From positions 256,001 to 320,000 of the forward strand of contig CAWBAN010000003.1 in the NCBI GenBank assembly GCA_963786935.1: 64,000 nt of DNA, in the 5' to 3' direction. The stretch's first letter is position 1, and every line of letters begins with the position of its first letter. The notes beneath the pieces were generated by a model that was given only the letters and a program-made list of their open reading frames with translations, did no database searches and was not told the origin of the DNA. Shown here piece after piece: positions 42,313 through 51,995 of the stretch. The translations under genes were made by a program, and so were the position numbers. The DNA comes from an uncultured bacterium. Lineage in GTDB: Bacteria; Krumholzibacteriota; Krumholzibacteriia; Krumholzibacteriales; Krumholzibacteriaceae.

Positions 42313-43020
42313 ATGCACACGACGGCGATGCGGCACGGTGCCCTCTTTTTCGAGACCTACGCGAAGTCCCTCGGCGGGGGACGCGTGCTCGACATCGGCT
42401 CGCAGGACGTGAACGGCTCATTGAAGGACGTCTGCCCGCCCGCCTTCACCTATGTCGGCGTCGACTTCGTGCCCGGGAAGGGAGTGGACGTCGTTCTCGA
42501 CGACCCGTACGTTCTCCCCTTCGAATCCGAATCGTTCGACGCGGTCGTCACGAGCTCGTGCTTCGAGCATTCCCAGTTCTTCTGGGTGCTCTTTCTCGAG
42601 ATTCTTCGGGTGCTGAAGCCGGCGGGGCTCCTCTACCTGAACGTCCCCTCGAACGGGCTCTTCCACCGCTACCCGGTCGACTGCTGGCGCTTCTATCCGG
42701 ACAGCGGCGTCGCGCTGGCCGAATGGGGGAGGCGGAACAGCTACCGCTGCCGCCTGCTCGAGTCGTTCGTCGGCCGGCAGGGGCGCGAGCCGTGGAACGA
42801 TTTCGTCGCCGTCTTCGTGAAGGACGAGGCGCGCCGCGCCGCGCATCCCGACCGGATCCTCTCGAAGCACCGGGATTTCTACAACGGGATAACGGACGCG
42901 TCCGGCGAAGTTCTCAATCCCGAACGCCGATCGCAGGACGAGCTCTTCCGCGCCCCGACGCGGGTCGCGCGGAGGATCCTCGATGCGCTGCGTTCGCGGG
43001 GGCCGCGGCGCCTCGAGTGA
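42313..43020 (+). CDS. Class I SAM-dependent methyltransferase
   Basis: VLDIGSQDVNGS, GKGVDVV, SSCFEH, HRYPVDCWRFYPD. Confidence 0.88.
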   Translation: MHTTAMRHGALFFETYAKSLGGGRVLDIGSQDVNGSLKDVCPPAFTYVGVDFVPGKGVDVVLDDPYVLPFESESFDAVVTSSCFEHSQFFWVLFLEILRVLKPAGLLYLNVPSNGLFHRYPVDCWRFYPDSGVALAEWGRRNSYRCRLLESFVGRQGREPWNDFVAVFVKDEARRAAHPDRILSKHRDFYNGITDASGEVLNPERRSQDELFRAPTRVARRILDALRSRGPRRLE

Positions 43021-43050
43021 TCGGCAGATTGCCCGGCACATCGCGATCCG

Positions 43051-46000
43051 TCACTCACGAAGCTTCTTCAGCGCCTCGGCCGCGTTTGCGCTCGTCGGAT
43101 TGAGCTCGAGCGACTTCGCGTAGTTCGTGATCGCGAGCTCCTTCTCGCCGTTTTTCAGATAGGCCTCGCCGAGACTGTCATAGACGTTGGAAGACGCAGG
43201 ATAGAATTCCACGTTGAGCTTGAAGGCCGCGACGGCTTCCTTCGATTTGCCCTTTCCCATGAGATCGTAGCCGATGTTGTTGATTCTGTTTTCGGCTATT
43301 GCCGGATTGGCCGGATCGTTCTTCCTGATATCACGATACCGGGCGAGCGCCTCGTCGATGTTGCCCGCGCTCAGTTCCTCGTACGGAGTTCTCTCATCGT
43401 CGCTCATTCGGGGATACCGTTTGGAGAAGCCGCCCTCCGTGATTATCAGCCCATCGCCGCCCGTGTCGGAACCGCCGGCGAATCGCACCTTGCTGTCTCG
43501 ATCGCGGCGGATGAACTCGTCGTCGGCGATCGGATACAGCTCGATCGACGGTTCGCCGGTGACGTCGGCTTTCAGATGGTCGCCGTTCACCGTGACGATC
43601 GCCGTCTGATCGACGTCGAGGCGGTAGCGTCCCTCGAAGCGTCGCAGCCGATCGGGCGATACGGCGTACAGCTCGTACGGCTCGCTCAGGTACCCGTCCC
43701 ACGAGTATTCCTTCGCGATCGATCGGAGGATTTCGGGGAACAGCGCGTCACCCGCGCCGTTGGTCATGACGGCAGCTCCGTAGCCCTTGTCGCGGCTCGC
43801 GATCAAATAGCACCGGAATCCAAGATTGCCGCCGCCGTGAGAGAAGTAGACGTTGCCCCCGTAGTTCTGAACCTGAAATCCCAGCCCGTAGTCGAGCCCG
43901 ATGTAGGGCGTGACCATTTTCATCTCCGTCTCCCTCGAGAGAATCTTGTTCGATTTTCCCGCGAGCGAGAGCTGGTGCTCGATCGCGAACCGGGCGAGAT
44001 CGGTCGGCGTCGTCCACAGCCCCGCCGCGGCGAGCTCGGGATGGACGTTGTATTTTCCCTCGATGGGCTTGCCGTTTCGCCCGTGCGCCGACGCCGCGAG
44101 CGGCCGCAGCTCGGGCGGGAGCGGCTGGCTGTACGTGCTGCCGGTCATTCCCAATGGATCGAGAACCATCTCCTTCATGATTTGCGGATACGGTTTGTTG
44201 TCGAGCTCCGTCAGCAAATGCTGCAGTATCGTCGTGCCCCCGCCGGAGTAACGGAACGCGACGCCGGGCGCCGTATTGACGATAACGGGCCCCGAGTTCG
44301 CGGGGGGCTCCCCGTTCAATATCTGCACCACGGTCGGGAGCGGCGCTCCGATCTTGTAGCCTGGGAAGCCGCCCACGGTCGTTCCGCCGGTATGACTCAG
44401 GAGGTTGGCGATCGTCACCTTTTTCGCGGCGGTGAATTCGTTGTCGGGGAGCTTCCACGAACGCAGGTACGTGTTGACGTCTTCGTCGAGCGAGAGCGCG
44501 CCATCCTGGACCTTCCGCATGATCGCGGTCGCGTTGAGCGTCTTGCTGATGGATGCCGCCTGAAATACCGTTTGTTCCGTGACGGGCGTCTTCGTTTCGG
44601 CGTCGGCGACGCCGTACCCTTTCGCCCAGACGATCTGGAAATTCTCGATGACGGCGACGCTCACGCCCGGCACCTTGTAATGGTTCATACGCTCGAGGAT
44701 GTTCCACGCCTTCTCGCCCTTCACGAGCACCGGGGGGAGCAGCCCGTTCTCGACTCGTTCGATCCGCGCTCCCCGGTCGCCTTCGGCGCGGTTGCCGTAG
44801 ACGTCGAGCGGCACCGGCGCGCCGATGCCGAGCGAGTCGAGCCCCGCTCGCTGCGAGGCGGCGTCGCCCACGACCACGTAGATCAGGTCCTTTTCGTCGA
44901 GATATTTTTCGATGACACGGTGAAAATCGGCGAGCTCGAGCCCCATGAGCTCGCGCTGATCGAGCTCGATGTAATTCGCCGGGCGGCGGTACTTGGCGAT
45001 CTGCCCCAGCATGCCGCGCTTCGCGGTGAGCGACTCGAATTCGAGCGTGCCGCGCTTGATCACCATGTTCTTGGTGGTCGCGAGCTCCTTCTCGCCGAAG
45101 GTCGCCCGGTACTCGGAGACGAGCTTCCGTATAAGCTCGAGCGACTCGAGCGTCGCGTTGGATCGCACGCTCGTATACATCGTGATCGGCGCGATCTCGA
45201 GACGGTTGTCGACGCGCGAATAGGCGCCGTAGGTGAATCCCTTCTCGAGCCGCAGGAGCTGGAAGAGCCTGCCGCTCGAGCCGGTCCCGAGGACTTCGTT
45301 CGCGTAGACGAGGTTGTTGTAGTCGTCGTCCGTCGCGGGGAGCGCGAGATGCCCCGCGAAGATCACGGACTGCTTCGCGCCGGACCGGTCGACGAAGAAT
45401 ATCCGGGCTCCGTGCTCCGCCGGCACCTCGAACGAGGGGAATGCGACCTCGCGCCGGTTCCAGCCGCGCCCGAGGGGCTTCAGCGACTTGAGCACGCGAT
45501 CCTTCGCGACGTCGCCCGCGACCTGGAATGTGGCCACGGACGGCGAGAAGTTCCTCGCGTAGTACTGTTTGAGATCGTCGATCGAAATCGCCGCGATGCC
45601 CTCCGGGGTGCCGATCGGCCGGCTCTTCGGATGGGAGTCGCCGTAGAGCAGGCGGCGGTACACCGTGGCGGCGATCTGGTTCGGATTCGATTCGTACGCC
45701 TTGAAACGGGTGAGGAACTCCTGTTTGATCCGCGCGAATTCGGTCTCGTCCCAGCGCGGCTCGAGCAGCATCTCGGTTACGATGTCGATCGTCGCCTCGA
45801 AGTTCCGGGCGAGCGTCGTGCCCGTCACGAGTATCTCCTCGTCGCTCGCGGCGGTCGTGATCGAGGCGCCGAGGAGCCCGATCGCCTCCTCGAGCTCGGC
45901 GGGCGTGCGTTTCTTCGTTCCCTCCATCATGAGCCGCGACATGAGCTCCGCCGTGCCGATCTTGTCCGCCGGATCGAGCCAGCGGCCGCCGCGGACCATC

Positions 46001-47640
46001 AGCTCGAAGCGCACGAGGGGCACCTCGCCCTGCTCGATGCCGTAGAGGGCGAGGCCGTTCGAGAGCTTCCCCGTCCAGACGGCCGGCGCGCGCAGGAGCG
46101 GCGGCGCCCCGAGCGGCGGCTCGGAGCGGTCATACTTCGTCGGCGTCTTCTCGCATTGCGCTTCTTCCCCGGCCGAGACTTCCTCCTGCTGCTGCGACGA
46201 GCCTGCTGCTTCCTGCCAGATCTCCGCCTTCCGGGCTCCCTCGACGGCGAGCTGCGGCTGCCCCTTCGGCACGAAGCTCGTCATGACGTACGGTCTGCCT
46301 TTCAGGTATCGATGGAAGACGTTCATGATGTCCGCCGGGGTGAGCTTCGAATAGCGTTCGGCCTCGGCCGAGGCGCGACCGGGATCCCCGGAGTACTCGT
46401 TCGAATAGGCGAGCTGAAAGGCCTTGTTGAGGATGGTCTCGAGCTGCTGCGAGAGGGCGAGCTCGTACTGGGCCTTCGTGTAGCGGAGCTCGCTCTCGGA
46501 TACGCCGTCGCGCTCGAATCTCGCGAGCGCCTCGTCGATCGCGACCTTGACGCTGTCGAGATCGACGCCCTCGTTCGCCCGAATGCGGATGCCGAACTCG
46601 CCGGCGATCTCCATGCTGTTCTGACGGGCATTGACCTCCGGCGCGAGCTTCCGTTTTTCGACGATCGTCTTGTACAGCGACGCCTTCTTGCTGCCGGCGA
46701 GGAGCGATGCGAGCGCCTCGAGCGCGACGTCATCCCCCTGGTATTGCGCAACCGTCGGGAAGATGATCTGGATCTCGGGGAGCTTCGCGAAGTTGTCCTC
46801 GTGATAGAAGGACTTCGACTCCGCGAGCGCGGTGGGGGCGGGCGGGATCGGCGCGACGTCCGGTCCCCGGCGGATCTCTCCGAACCACCGCTCGACGAGC
46901 CGTTTTGTCTCCGCGATATCGATATCCCCCGCGATGACGAGCGTGGCGTTCGCCGCGCCGTAGAAGCGGTCGTAGAACTCCTTCACGTCGGCGAGCGCCG
47001 CCGCTTGCAGGTCGGGAAGCGATCCGATCGTCGTCCAGTGATACGGGTGCTCGGCCGGATAGAGCGCCGCGCGCTGCACCTCGTCCGTGTAGCCGTAGGG
47101 GGCGTTGTCGACGATCTGGCGCTTCTCGTTCTTCACGACCTGCTTCTCGCGCTCGAGCGCCGCCTCGGTGACCGTGTTGATCATGAAGCCGAGCCGGTCG
47201 GAGTCGATCCAGAGGATCTTCTCGAACGCATCCTTCGGTACGACCTCGTAGTAGACGGTCCCGTCGGCGGAGGTGCCGCCGTTCCGTTGCCCGCCGAGCT
47301 CGGGGATGAGCTTGCGGTTCGCGCCGCGAGGGGTGTTCTCCGAGTCGTTGAACGACATGTGCTCGAAGAAGTGCGCGAAACCGGTGCGCCCCGGTTTCTC
47401 GCGGTTCGATCCGACGTGCACGACCGTCGCGACCGCGACGATCGGATCGGAGTGGTCCTCGTGGAGCACGACCTCGAGTCCGTTCGGGAGCGTGTATTTC
47501 TCGTACTTGATTTGAAATGATGAGGGCGAGCTCTTGCCGGCCTTCGCGGCCGCCGAGGGCCCGCCGGGAGCGACCGCCGAAACCGCGACAGTCAGCGCCG
47601 CGATCGCGAGCGAAATACCGACGATCTTCGATCTGCTCAT
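43051..47640 (-). CDS. Secreted fusion: M16 (insulinase-like) zinc peptidase + beta-lactamase-like serine hydrolase + TPR, 1529 aa
   Basis: Signal peptide from ATG 47640; GFAHFFEHM (HxxEH), LRLEKGFTYG; then RIERVENGL, AASISK (SxxK), LLSHTGG, YSGGG, HGG; C-terminal NVYDSLGEAY TPR. Confidence 0.88.
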   Translation of the reverse strand: MSRSKIVGISLAIAALTVAVSAVAPGGPSAAAKAGKSSPSSFQIKYEKYTLPNGLEVVLHEDHSDPIVAVATVVHVGSNREKPGRTGFAHFFEHMSFNDSENTPRGANRKLIPELGGQRNGGTSADGTVYYEVVPKDAFEKILWIDSDRLGFMINTVTEAALEREKQVVKNEKRQIVDNAPYGYTDEVQRAALYPAEHPYHWTTIGSLPDLQAAALADVKEFYDRFYGAANATLVIAGDIDIAETKRLVERWFGEIRRGPDVAPIPPAPTALAESKSFYHEDNFAKLPEIQIIFPTVAQYQGDDVALEALASLLAGSKKASLYKTIVEKRKLAPEVNARQNSMEIAGEFGIRIRANEGVDLDSVKVAIDEALARFERDGVSESELRYTKAQYELALSQQLETILNKAFQLAYSNEYSGDPGRASAEAERYSKLTPADIMNVFHRYLKGRPYVMTSFVPKGQPQLAVEGARKAEIWQEAAGSSQQQEEVSAGEEAQCEKTPTKYDRSEPPLGAPPLLRAPAVWTGKLSNGLALYGIEQGEVPLVRFELMVRGGRWLDPADKIGTAELMSRLMMEGTKKRTPAELEEAIGLLGASITTAASDEEILVTGTTLARNFEATIDIVTEMLLEPRWDETEFARIKQEFLTRFKAYESNPNQIAATVYRRLLYGDSHPKSRPIGTPEGIAAISIDDLKQYYARNFSPSVATFQVAGDVAKDRVLKSLKPLGRGWNRREVAFPSFEVPAEHGARIFFVDRSGAKQSVIFAGHLALPATDDDYNNLVYANEVLGTGSSGRLFQLLRLEKGFTYGAYSRVDNRLEIAPITMYTSVRSNATLESLELIRKLVSEYRATFGEKELATTKNMVIKRGTLEFESLTAKRGMLGQIAKYRRPANYIELDQRELMGLELADFHRVIEKYLDEKDLIYVVVGDAASQRAGLDSLGIGAPVPLDVYGNRAEGDRGARIERVENGLLPPVLVKGEKAWNILERMNHYKVPGVSVAVIENFQIVWAKGYGVADAETKTPVTEQTVFQAASISKTLNATAIMRKVQDGALSLDEDVNTYLRSWKLPDNEFTAAKKVTIANLLSHTGGTTVGGFPGYKIGAPLPTVVQILNGEPPANSGPVIVNTAPGVAFRYSGGGTTILQHLLTELDNKPYPQIMKEMVLDPLGMTGSTYSQPLPPELRPLAASAHGRNGKPIEGKYNVHPELAAAGLWTTPTDLARFAIEHQLSLAGKSNKILSRETEMKMVTPYIGLDYGLGFQVQNYGGNVYFSHGGGNLGFRCYLIASRDKGYGAAVMTNGAGDALFPEILRSIAKEYSWDGYLSEPYELYAVSPDRLRRFEGRYRLDVDQTAIVTVNGDHLKADVTGEPSIELYPIADDEFIRRDRDSKVRFAGGSDTGGDGLIITEGGFSKRYPRMSDDERTPYEELSAGNIDEALARYRDIRKNDPANPAIAENRINNIGYDLMGKGKSKEAVAAFKLNVEFYPASSNVYDSLGEAYLKNGEKELAITNYAKSLELNPTSANAAEALKKLRE

Positions 47641-47883
47641 ATCCCAGCGGCTCCTTTCGTTTTCGATTTTCCCCCGTGTTTCCGGTGAGCATGCTTTGAT
47701 GGAGGAGCGGCATGTATGCCGACACGACATTATACACATTTCGGGAGGAGAAGTGCCGCGGGTTCCGGCGTTTTCGGCGAAGGCGTCCGAGCGCGCCGGG
47801 ATCATCTTCTTCGAATCCCGCTCGGCGTTCGCTTCGAGCCGGCAGAGGTACACGTCCGAGGCAGCCGCCCGGCCGCCGGAGGG

Positions 47884-47912
47884 TTGACCACCGCCAGTTT
47901 CAGCGGTATAAT
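47884..47912 (+). promoter_or_regulatory. Sigma70 promoter
   Basis: TTGACC, 17 bp, TATAAT. Confidence 0.7.
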
Positions 47913-47952
47913 AGCGATTGGAAACTGTCATCGAAGAGTTGAGGAGGTTCCG

Positions 47953-49116
47953 ATGATCATCGGCAAGCGCAGGCGGTTGGCGATGATAGTCTCTGCGGTT
48001 ATCGCTGTCCTGATCGTGGGCGGCATCGTCGGATTCCGCGTGGCGGTCGGGGTTCTGAAGGGCAGGATAGTTGAGGTCTTGGGGTCGACCAGCGAGATCG
48101 GGGACATTCAGCTCGGTTGGTTCAGCGTGAATGTGGAGGAGCTGCGAATCAAGGGAGCGAGCGGGTGGCCCGCGGCCGATGCGCTGCGGGCGGAGCGTGT
48201 GACTGTTGTCCCCAGCCTGCGCAGCCTCTTCTCCCGACAGTACCGGGTCCGCTCCATTACGATCTTCAGGCCCTATCTTTCGGCACTCCGGACCAAGGAG
48301 GGGAAGCTCCAGATACTCCCCGGGCTGTTGACGGGGGTGGTGGCCGCGGACCAAGCGCAAACCCTCTCGAATCTCGCTGACGCCTCCCCGAAGGTGACCA
48401 TCGGGCGTATCACGCTCGAGGACGGCGTCGTGGATCTTTACGATGCGACGGTGGTCCAGCCTCCGTTGAGAATCCGGATGGAGCAGATTGAAGCCACGGT
48501 GCGGGGCATGGCGGTTCCGGATCTCAGGGGCAAGAGTCGCTTCGAGCTCACCGGCGTCGTGAAGGGCGTTCAGCGGGATGGGCAGATCATGATTGAGGGG
48601 TGGGTCGAGGTCGGCACCGGGAACTCCTCGGTGAAAATGGAGCTGCGGTCGGTGGACATGGTGACACTCCAGCCCTATCTCATCAAAGAGGGCGAGGCGG
48701 GCGTTCAGAAGGGCACTTTCGACCTCGATCTGCAATCGGATGTGAGCAATAATCGGTTGAAGGCGCTCGGGAAAGCCAAGATCTCGGAACTGGAGCTCGT
48801 CCCGGCCGAGAGCGCGATCGGCACCTTCATGGGCCTTTCCCGTCAGGCCATGTTGGCCTACCTGATGCGCAATGACGGCACGATCACCGTTGATTTTATG
48901 CTCGAGGGGGATATCAACGATCCCCAGTTCTCCCTCAACCAGGCGTTCACCACGCGCTTAGCGTTCGCGATGGCGAACATTCTCGGGCTCGACTTCCCGG
49001 GGATGGCAAAAGATGTGGGCGACCTGGGGCAGGCGGGAGGGGAGGCGGTAGGTCAAGCGGCGAAGAGCACGGGGGGCTGGCTGTACCGTCTTTTTGGGGG
49101 CAAGAAGAAGCCATAG
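47953..49116 (+). CDS. DUF748/AsmA-like membrane-anchored protein
   Basis: SD GAGGAGG; N-terminal TM; VVPSLRSLF, LEGDINDPQFSL. Confidence 0.72.
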   Translation: MIIGKRRRLAMIVSAVIAVLIVGGIVGFRVAVGVLKGRIVEVLGSTSEIGDIQLGWFSVNVEELRIKGASGWPAADALRAERVTVVPSLRSLFSRQYRVRSITIFRPYLSALRTKEGKLQILPGLLTGVVAADQAQTLSNLADASPKVTIGRITLEDGVVDLYDATVVQPPLRIRMEQIEATVRGMAVPDLRGKSRFELTGVVKGVQRDGQIMIEGWVEVGTGNSSVKMELRSVDMVTLQPYLIKEGEAGVQKGTFDLDLQSDVSNNRLKALGKAKISELELVPAESAIGTFMGLSRQAMLAYLMRNDGTITVDFMLEGDINDPQFSLNQAFTTRLAFAMANILGLDFPGMAKDVGDLGQAGGEAVGQAAKSTGGWLYRLFGGKKKP

Positions 49117-49148
49117 ACCATGAGATTCTGCGATGGAGGGGTCTTGCA

Positions 49149-49805
49149 ATGGCAAAGATTCGGATCCTGCTGATTGAAGACAACCGCTTTCTTCGGGAAG
49201 GCATCGCCGCTATGCTCAACGGCCAGAGCGATCTCGAAGTCGTCGCGCGAGCCGAAGACGGCAATGCGGTGAGTGAGCTGAAGAGAATGAAGAAATCCCC
49301 TGACATCATCCTTCTGGATCTTGGACTGGAAAAGGAAAACAGCCTGAATTTGATGACCGTGCTGCTGGAAGAAGTGCCGGCGGCACGGATCATCGCTATG
49401 GATATATTCCCCGAGCAGCTCGACATCGTCGAGTTCGTGAAAGCCGGCGGCAGCGGCTTCATCCTCAAGAATGCCCCGTCGAGCGATTACATCAAGACCA
49501 TCAGGGCCGTCATGGAAGGTTCGAAAGTGCTTCCACCGGCTCTGACCAATTCGCTCTTCACTCAGATCGTTGAATCGGCGCTCAAAACCGGGAACGGCAT
49601 CCCCAATAGCTCAATACAGCTGACCGTACGCGAACGGGAGGTCGTCGCCCTGATTTCCGAAGGCTTGAGCAACAAGGACATCGCCGAGCGTCTTCACATC
49701 GCAACACATACCGTCAAGAGTCATATACACAACATCCTGGAGAAACTGGCGCTCGGCACCCGCCTGCAAATAGCCGCCTTCGCCCGCAAAGAAGAATCCG
49801 AATGA
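49149..49805 (+). CDS. NarL/LuxR-family response regulator (orphan)
   Basis: LLIEDN, PDIILLDLGL receiver, GFILK; LTVREREV..LISEGLSNKDIAERLHIA.HTVKSH HTH. Confidence 0.93.
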   Translation: MAKIRILLIEDNRFLREGIAAMLNGQSDLEVVARAEDGNAVSELKRMKKSPDIILLDLGLEKENSLNLMTVLLEEVPAARIIAMDIFPEQLDIVEFVKAGGSGFILKNAPSSDYIKTIRAVMEGSKVLPPALTNSLFTQIVESALKTGNGIPNSSIQLTVREREVVALISEGLSNKDIAERLHIATHTVKSHIHNILEKLALGTRLQIAAFARKEESE

Positions 49806-49812
49806 TCGAATT

Positions 49813-49983
49813 CGGATACCGATTCCCCATCAGGAGACGCATCGGGCTCGCTCCCGAGGACTAGCTCCTTTTCCGTCCCTTGGAGCGATTCCCCCGCGAC
49901 AGTTTCCCGAGTACACTTTATTCATGGAACACTACACCGGACAATATTCTGAAAGGAGCATGGATCCGCTGTCACGGTGCGGG
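49813..49983 (+). repeat. Copy 1 of a 171-bp duplicated intergenic element (promoter/operator plus SD)
   Basis: Gapless alignment to 51785-51955, 37 mismatches by hand count (~78% identity); contains GGACTAGCTCCTTTTCC, -10-like TACACT, GAAAGGAG. Confidence 0.85.
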
Positions 49984-50093
49984 CAGCTGATGAGCTTCGT
50001 TTTCCACGACGAAGTTGATGCCGATTCGGGCAGTGACTCCTATGTCTTTGCTGCCGGCTTGTTTTTCAATCTCTGATCACTCAGGAGGGCGCA

Positions 50094-50348
50094 ATGCGCA
50101 AAGCAATGATAAGAATCATATTTCTCTGCCTCGTGGCACTCGCTGCGGCGCTGCAGCCGGGATGCTCCGGCACACTGTTCTTTAGACCGGCCAAACCGCC
50201 CGTTATCGTCGAGGTGAGGTCCACTCCACCGCACGCGGAAGCGCAGTGGGTCGCAGGACACTACCGGTGGGATGGTCACCAGGATAACTGGGTCTGGGCT
50301 CCCGGTCACTGGAAGAACGGCCATCAAAAGCACCAGAACAAAGGGTAG
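50094..50348 (+). CDS. YXWGXW-repeat small lipoprotein
   Basis: Lipobox-like LQPGC; QWVAGHYRW, WVWAPGHW repeats; SD AGGAGG. Confidence 0.8.
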   Translation: MRKAMIRIIFLCLVALAAALQPGCSGTLFFRPAKPPVIVEVRSTPPHAEAQWVAGHYRWDGHQDNWVWAPGHWKNGHQKHQNKG

Positions 50349-50429
50349 TCAAGGGGAGAGCGCTCCGGGCGCCTCGCCAGGCGCGGAGCACGTTCTCTTG
50401 TTTTCCATGTTTCGACAGGGAGGTCGGTC

Positions 50430-51647
50430 ATGAAGCGCATTTTGTGGATTATCCCCCTGATTTTCCTGCTAACCGCAGGCGGCGGCGCCATCTCGAGCGG
50501 ATGCTCCGCAGCGATCGGCGGCTCTAACGCCGTCGGCGGGCAGGACTACAGGCAGGACTATGGGCAGGGCAACGGCCAGGAATATGGAATGGAGCTGGAC
50601 GTCAACTACGATTATGAATATCTGGCCCCGTACGGAGACTGGGTCATCATGAATCCCTATGGCTACGTCTGGGTCCCCCGGCACATGGGCTACCGCTGGC
50701 GGCCCTACAGCGACGGACATTGGGTCTGGACCGACTACGGCTGGACTTGGATCGACAATTCCGAGTGGGGCTGGATTCCCTTCCACTATGGCCGCTGGAA
50801 CATGGATAATGATATCGGCTGGTATTGGGTCCCCGGCACAACGTGGGGGCCGGCTTGGGTCACCTGGCGTTCGAACGACATGTACATGGGTTGGGCGCCC
50901 TTGCCGCCCGGTGTAGAGTTGCGGGCCGGGATGGACTTCGCCTCACTCAGGATCGATATTCCGGGAAGCTTCTGGATCTTCATCGGCGGGTCACATTTCC
51001 TGGACCGCGATATCCATTCCTATGTTCTTCCTTACGAGCGCAATACGACGATTGTCTACAATACGACAATCTACAATAACTATAGCTTCAAGGGGAACAG
51101 GTTCGTCAACAATGGGATAGGAATGGACCATGTCCGGCGCTTTACCGGGCGGGATGCCCCCCGCTACACGATCCAGGATACCCGGCAGCCGGGTCGGGCC
51201 CGCATCGCCGGGAACGAGGTCCAGGTCTACAGGCCTTCATTCAGGGAAGATCCCAGCGCCCGGCCGAAAACTTACATTGATAAGGACCGGGCCCGGCAGG
51301 AGCTCGCTCCGGCCAAAGTCTTCGAGCCTCCACAGCAGCCGGTGAAGGGCACCCCCGAGAAGTACGTCAGTCAGCGGCAAGACCGGGAACGGAAGCTCCT
51401 GAATGAAACTCAATCGCAGGAGATGAAGGCCATGAATCGGCAGCAGAACGCGCAGCTGTCGAAAGCCCGGCAAAGCTCTGAAAGAGCCAAAGTCCAGAAG
51501 GACTACCAGGTGAAGAAATCCGAACTGGCGAAGCAGCATCAGGTGGAAAAGCAGCAGCTGGAACAGCGCCATAAAACGGACACCGAACAGGTCAAGCGCG
51601 CGACCCCGGCCGATAAGAACGCTCAGTCCAAGAAGGACAAGAAATAG
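50430..51647 (+). CDS. DUF6600-like Trp/Tyr/Gly-rich lipoprotein with charged C-terminal tail
   Basis: LAPYGDW...YGYVWVP...WRPYSDGHW...YGWTW...WGWIPFHYGRW...WGPAWV.W...GWAPLPP. Confidence 0.82.
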   Translation: MKRILWIIPLIFLLTAGGGAISSGCSAAIGGSNAVGGQDYRQDYGQGNGQEYGMELDVNYDYEYLAPYGDWVIMNPYGYVWVPRHMGYRWRPYSDGHWVWTDYGWTWIDNSEWGWIPFHYGRWNMDNDIGWYWVPGTTWGPAWVTWRSNDMYMGWAPLPPGVELRAGMDFASLRIDIPGSFWIFIGGSHFLDRDIHSYVLPYERNTTIVYNTTIYNNYSFKGNRFVNNGIGMDHVRRFTGRDAPRYTIQDTRQPGRARIAGNEVQVYRPSFREDPSARPKTYIDKDRARQELAPAKVFEPPQQPVKGTPEKYVSQRQDRERKLLNETQSQEMKAMNRQQNAQLSKARQSSERAKVQKDYQVKKSELAKQHQVEKQQLEQRHKTDTEQVKRATPADKNAQSKKDKK

Positions 51648-51656
51648 GGAGCGATG

Positions 51657-51698
51657 GAAGAGGGACGGTCCCGTTCGCGGGGCGGTCCCTCTTTCTTT
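51657..51698 (+). terminator. Rho-independent terminator
   Basis: AAGAGGGAC...GTCCCTCTT stem with inner CCCG-TTCG-CGGG hairpin, followed by TTTCTTT. Confidence 0.7.
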
Positions 51699-51784
51699 CG
51701 GGAGATCGGCGCGCCGCCTGTCGCCGGCGCAAATGACTCGGAGGTTCTGGATGCGTCCAAAGATCGTGAACGCAAATCTGCTGT

Positions 51785-51955
51785 CGGAAGCCGATTCCTC
51801 ATCAGGCGATGCATCAGGCTCGCTCTTAGGGACTAGCTCCTTTTCCATCCCTTGGGGCGATTCACGCGCGGCAATCTCCCGAGTATACTTCCTTTATAGA
51901 ACGCGACACGGAACAATTTGCCGAAAGGAGCGTCGATGCGTTGCTGCGGAGCGGG
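51785..51955 (+). repeat. Copy 2 of the 171-bp duplicated intergenic element
   Basis: Offset 1972 bp from copy 1; -10-like TATACT at 51884-51889; GAAAGGAG. Confidence 0.85.
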
Positions 51956-51995
51956 TAAACATTCAATTCGATCTCACACTGCGAAAGGGGCAGAT

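Noticed and set aside
43576..47520. 1314-aa plus-strand ORF and similar long antisense ORFs (531-2267, 4142-6355, 17954-20407, 31808-34300, 57365-59251)
   Set aside because: Shadow ORFs opposite well-supported genes in high-GC DNA; no recognisable motifs
47641..48735. N-terminal extension making the M16 fusion 1894 aa
   Set aside because: Overlaps the divergent promoter and DUF748-like gene; the signal peptide starts at ATG 47640
50538..50585. Four degenerate 12-bp tandem units (GGGCAGGACTAC-like)
   Set aside because: In-frame low-complexity linker (GQDYRQDYGQGNGQEY); no spacers or cas genes, so not CRISPR
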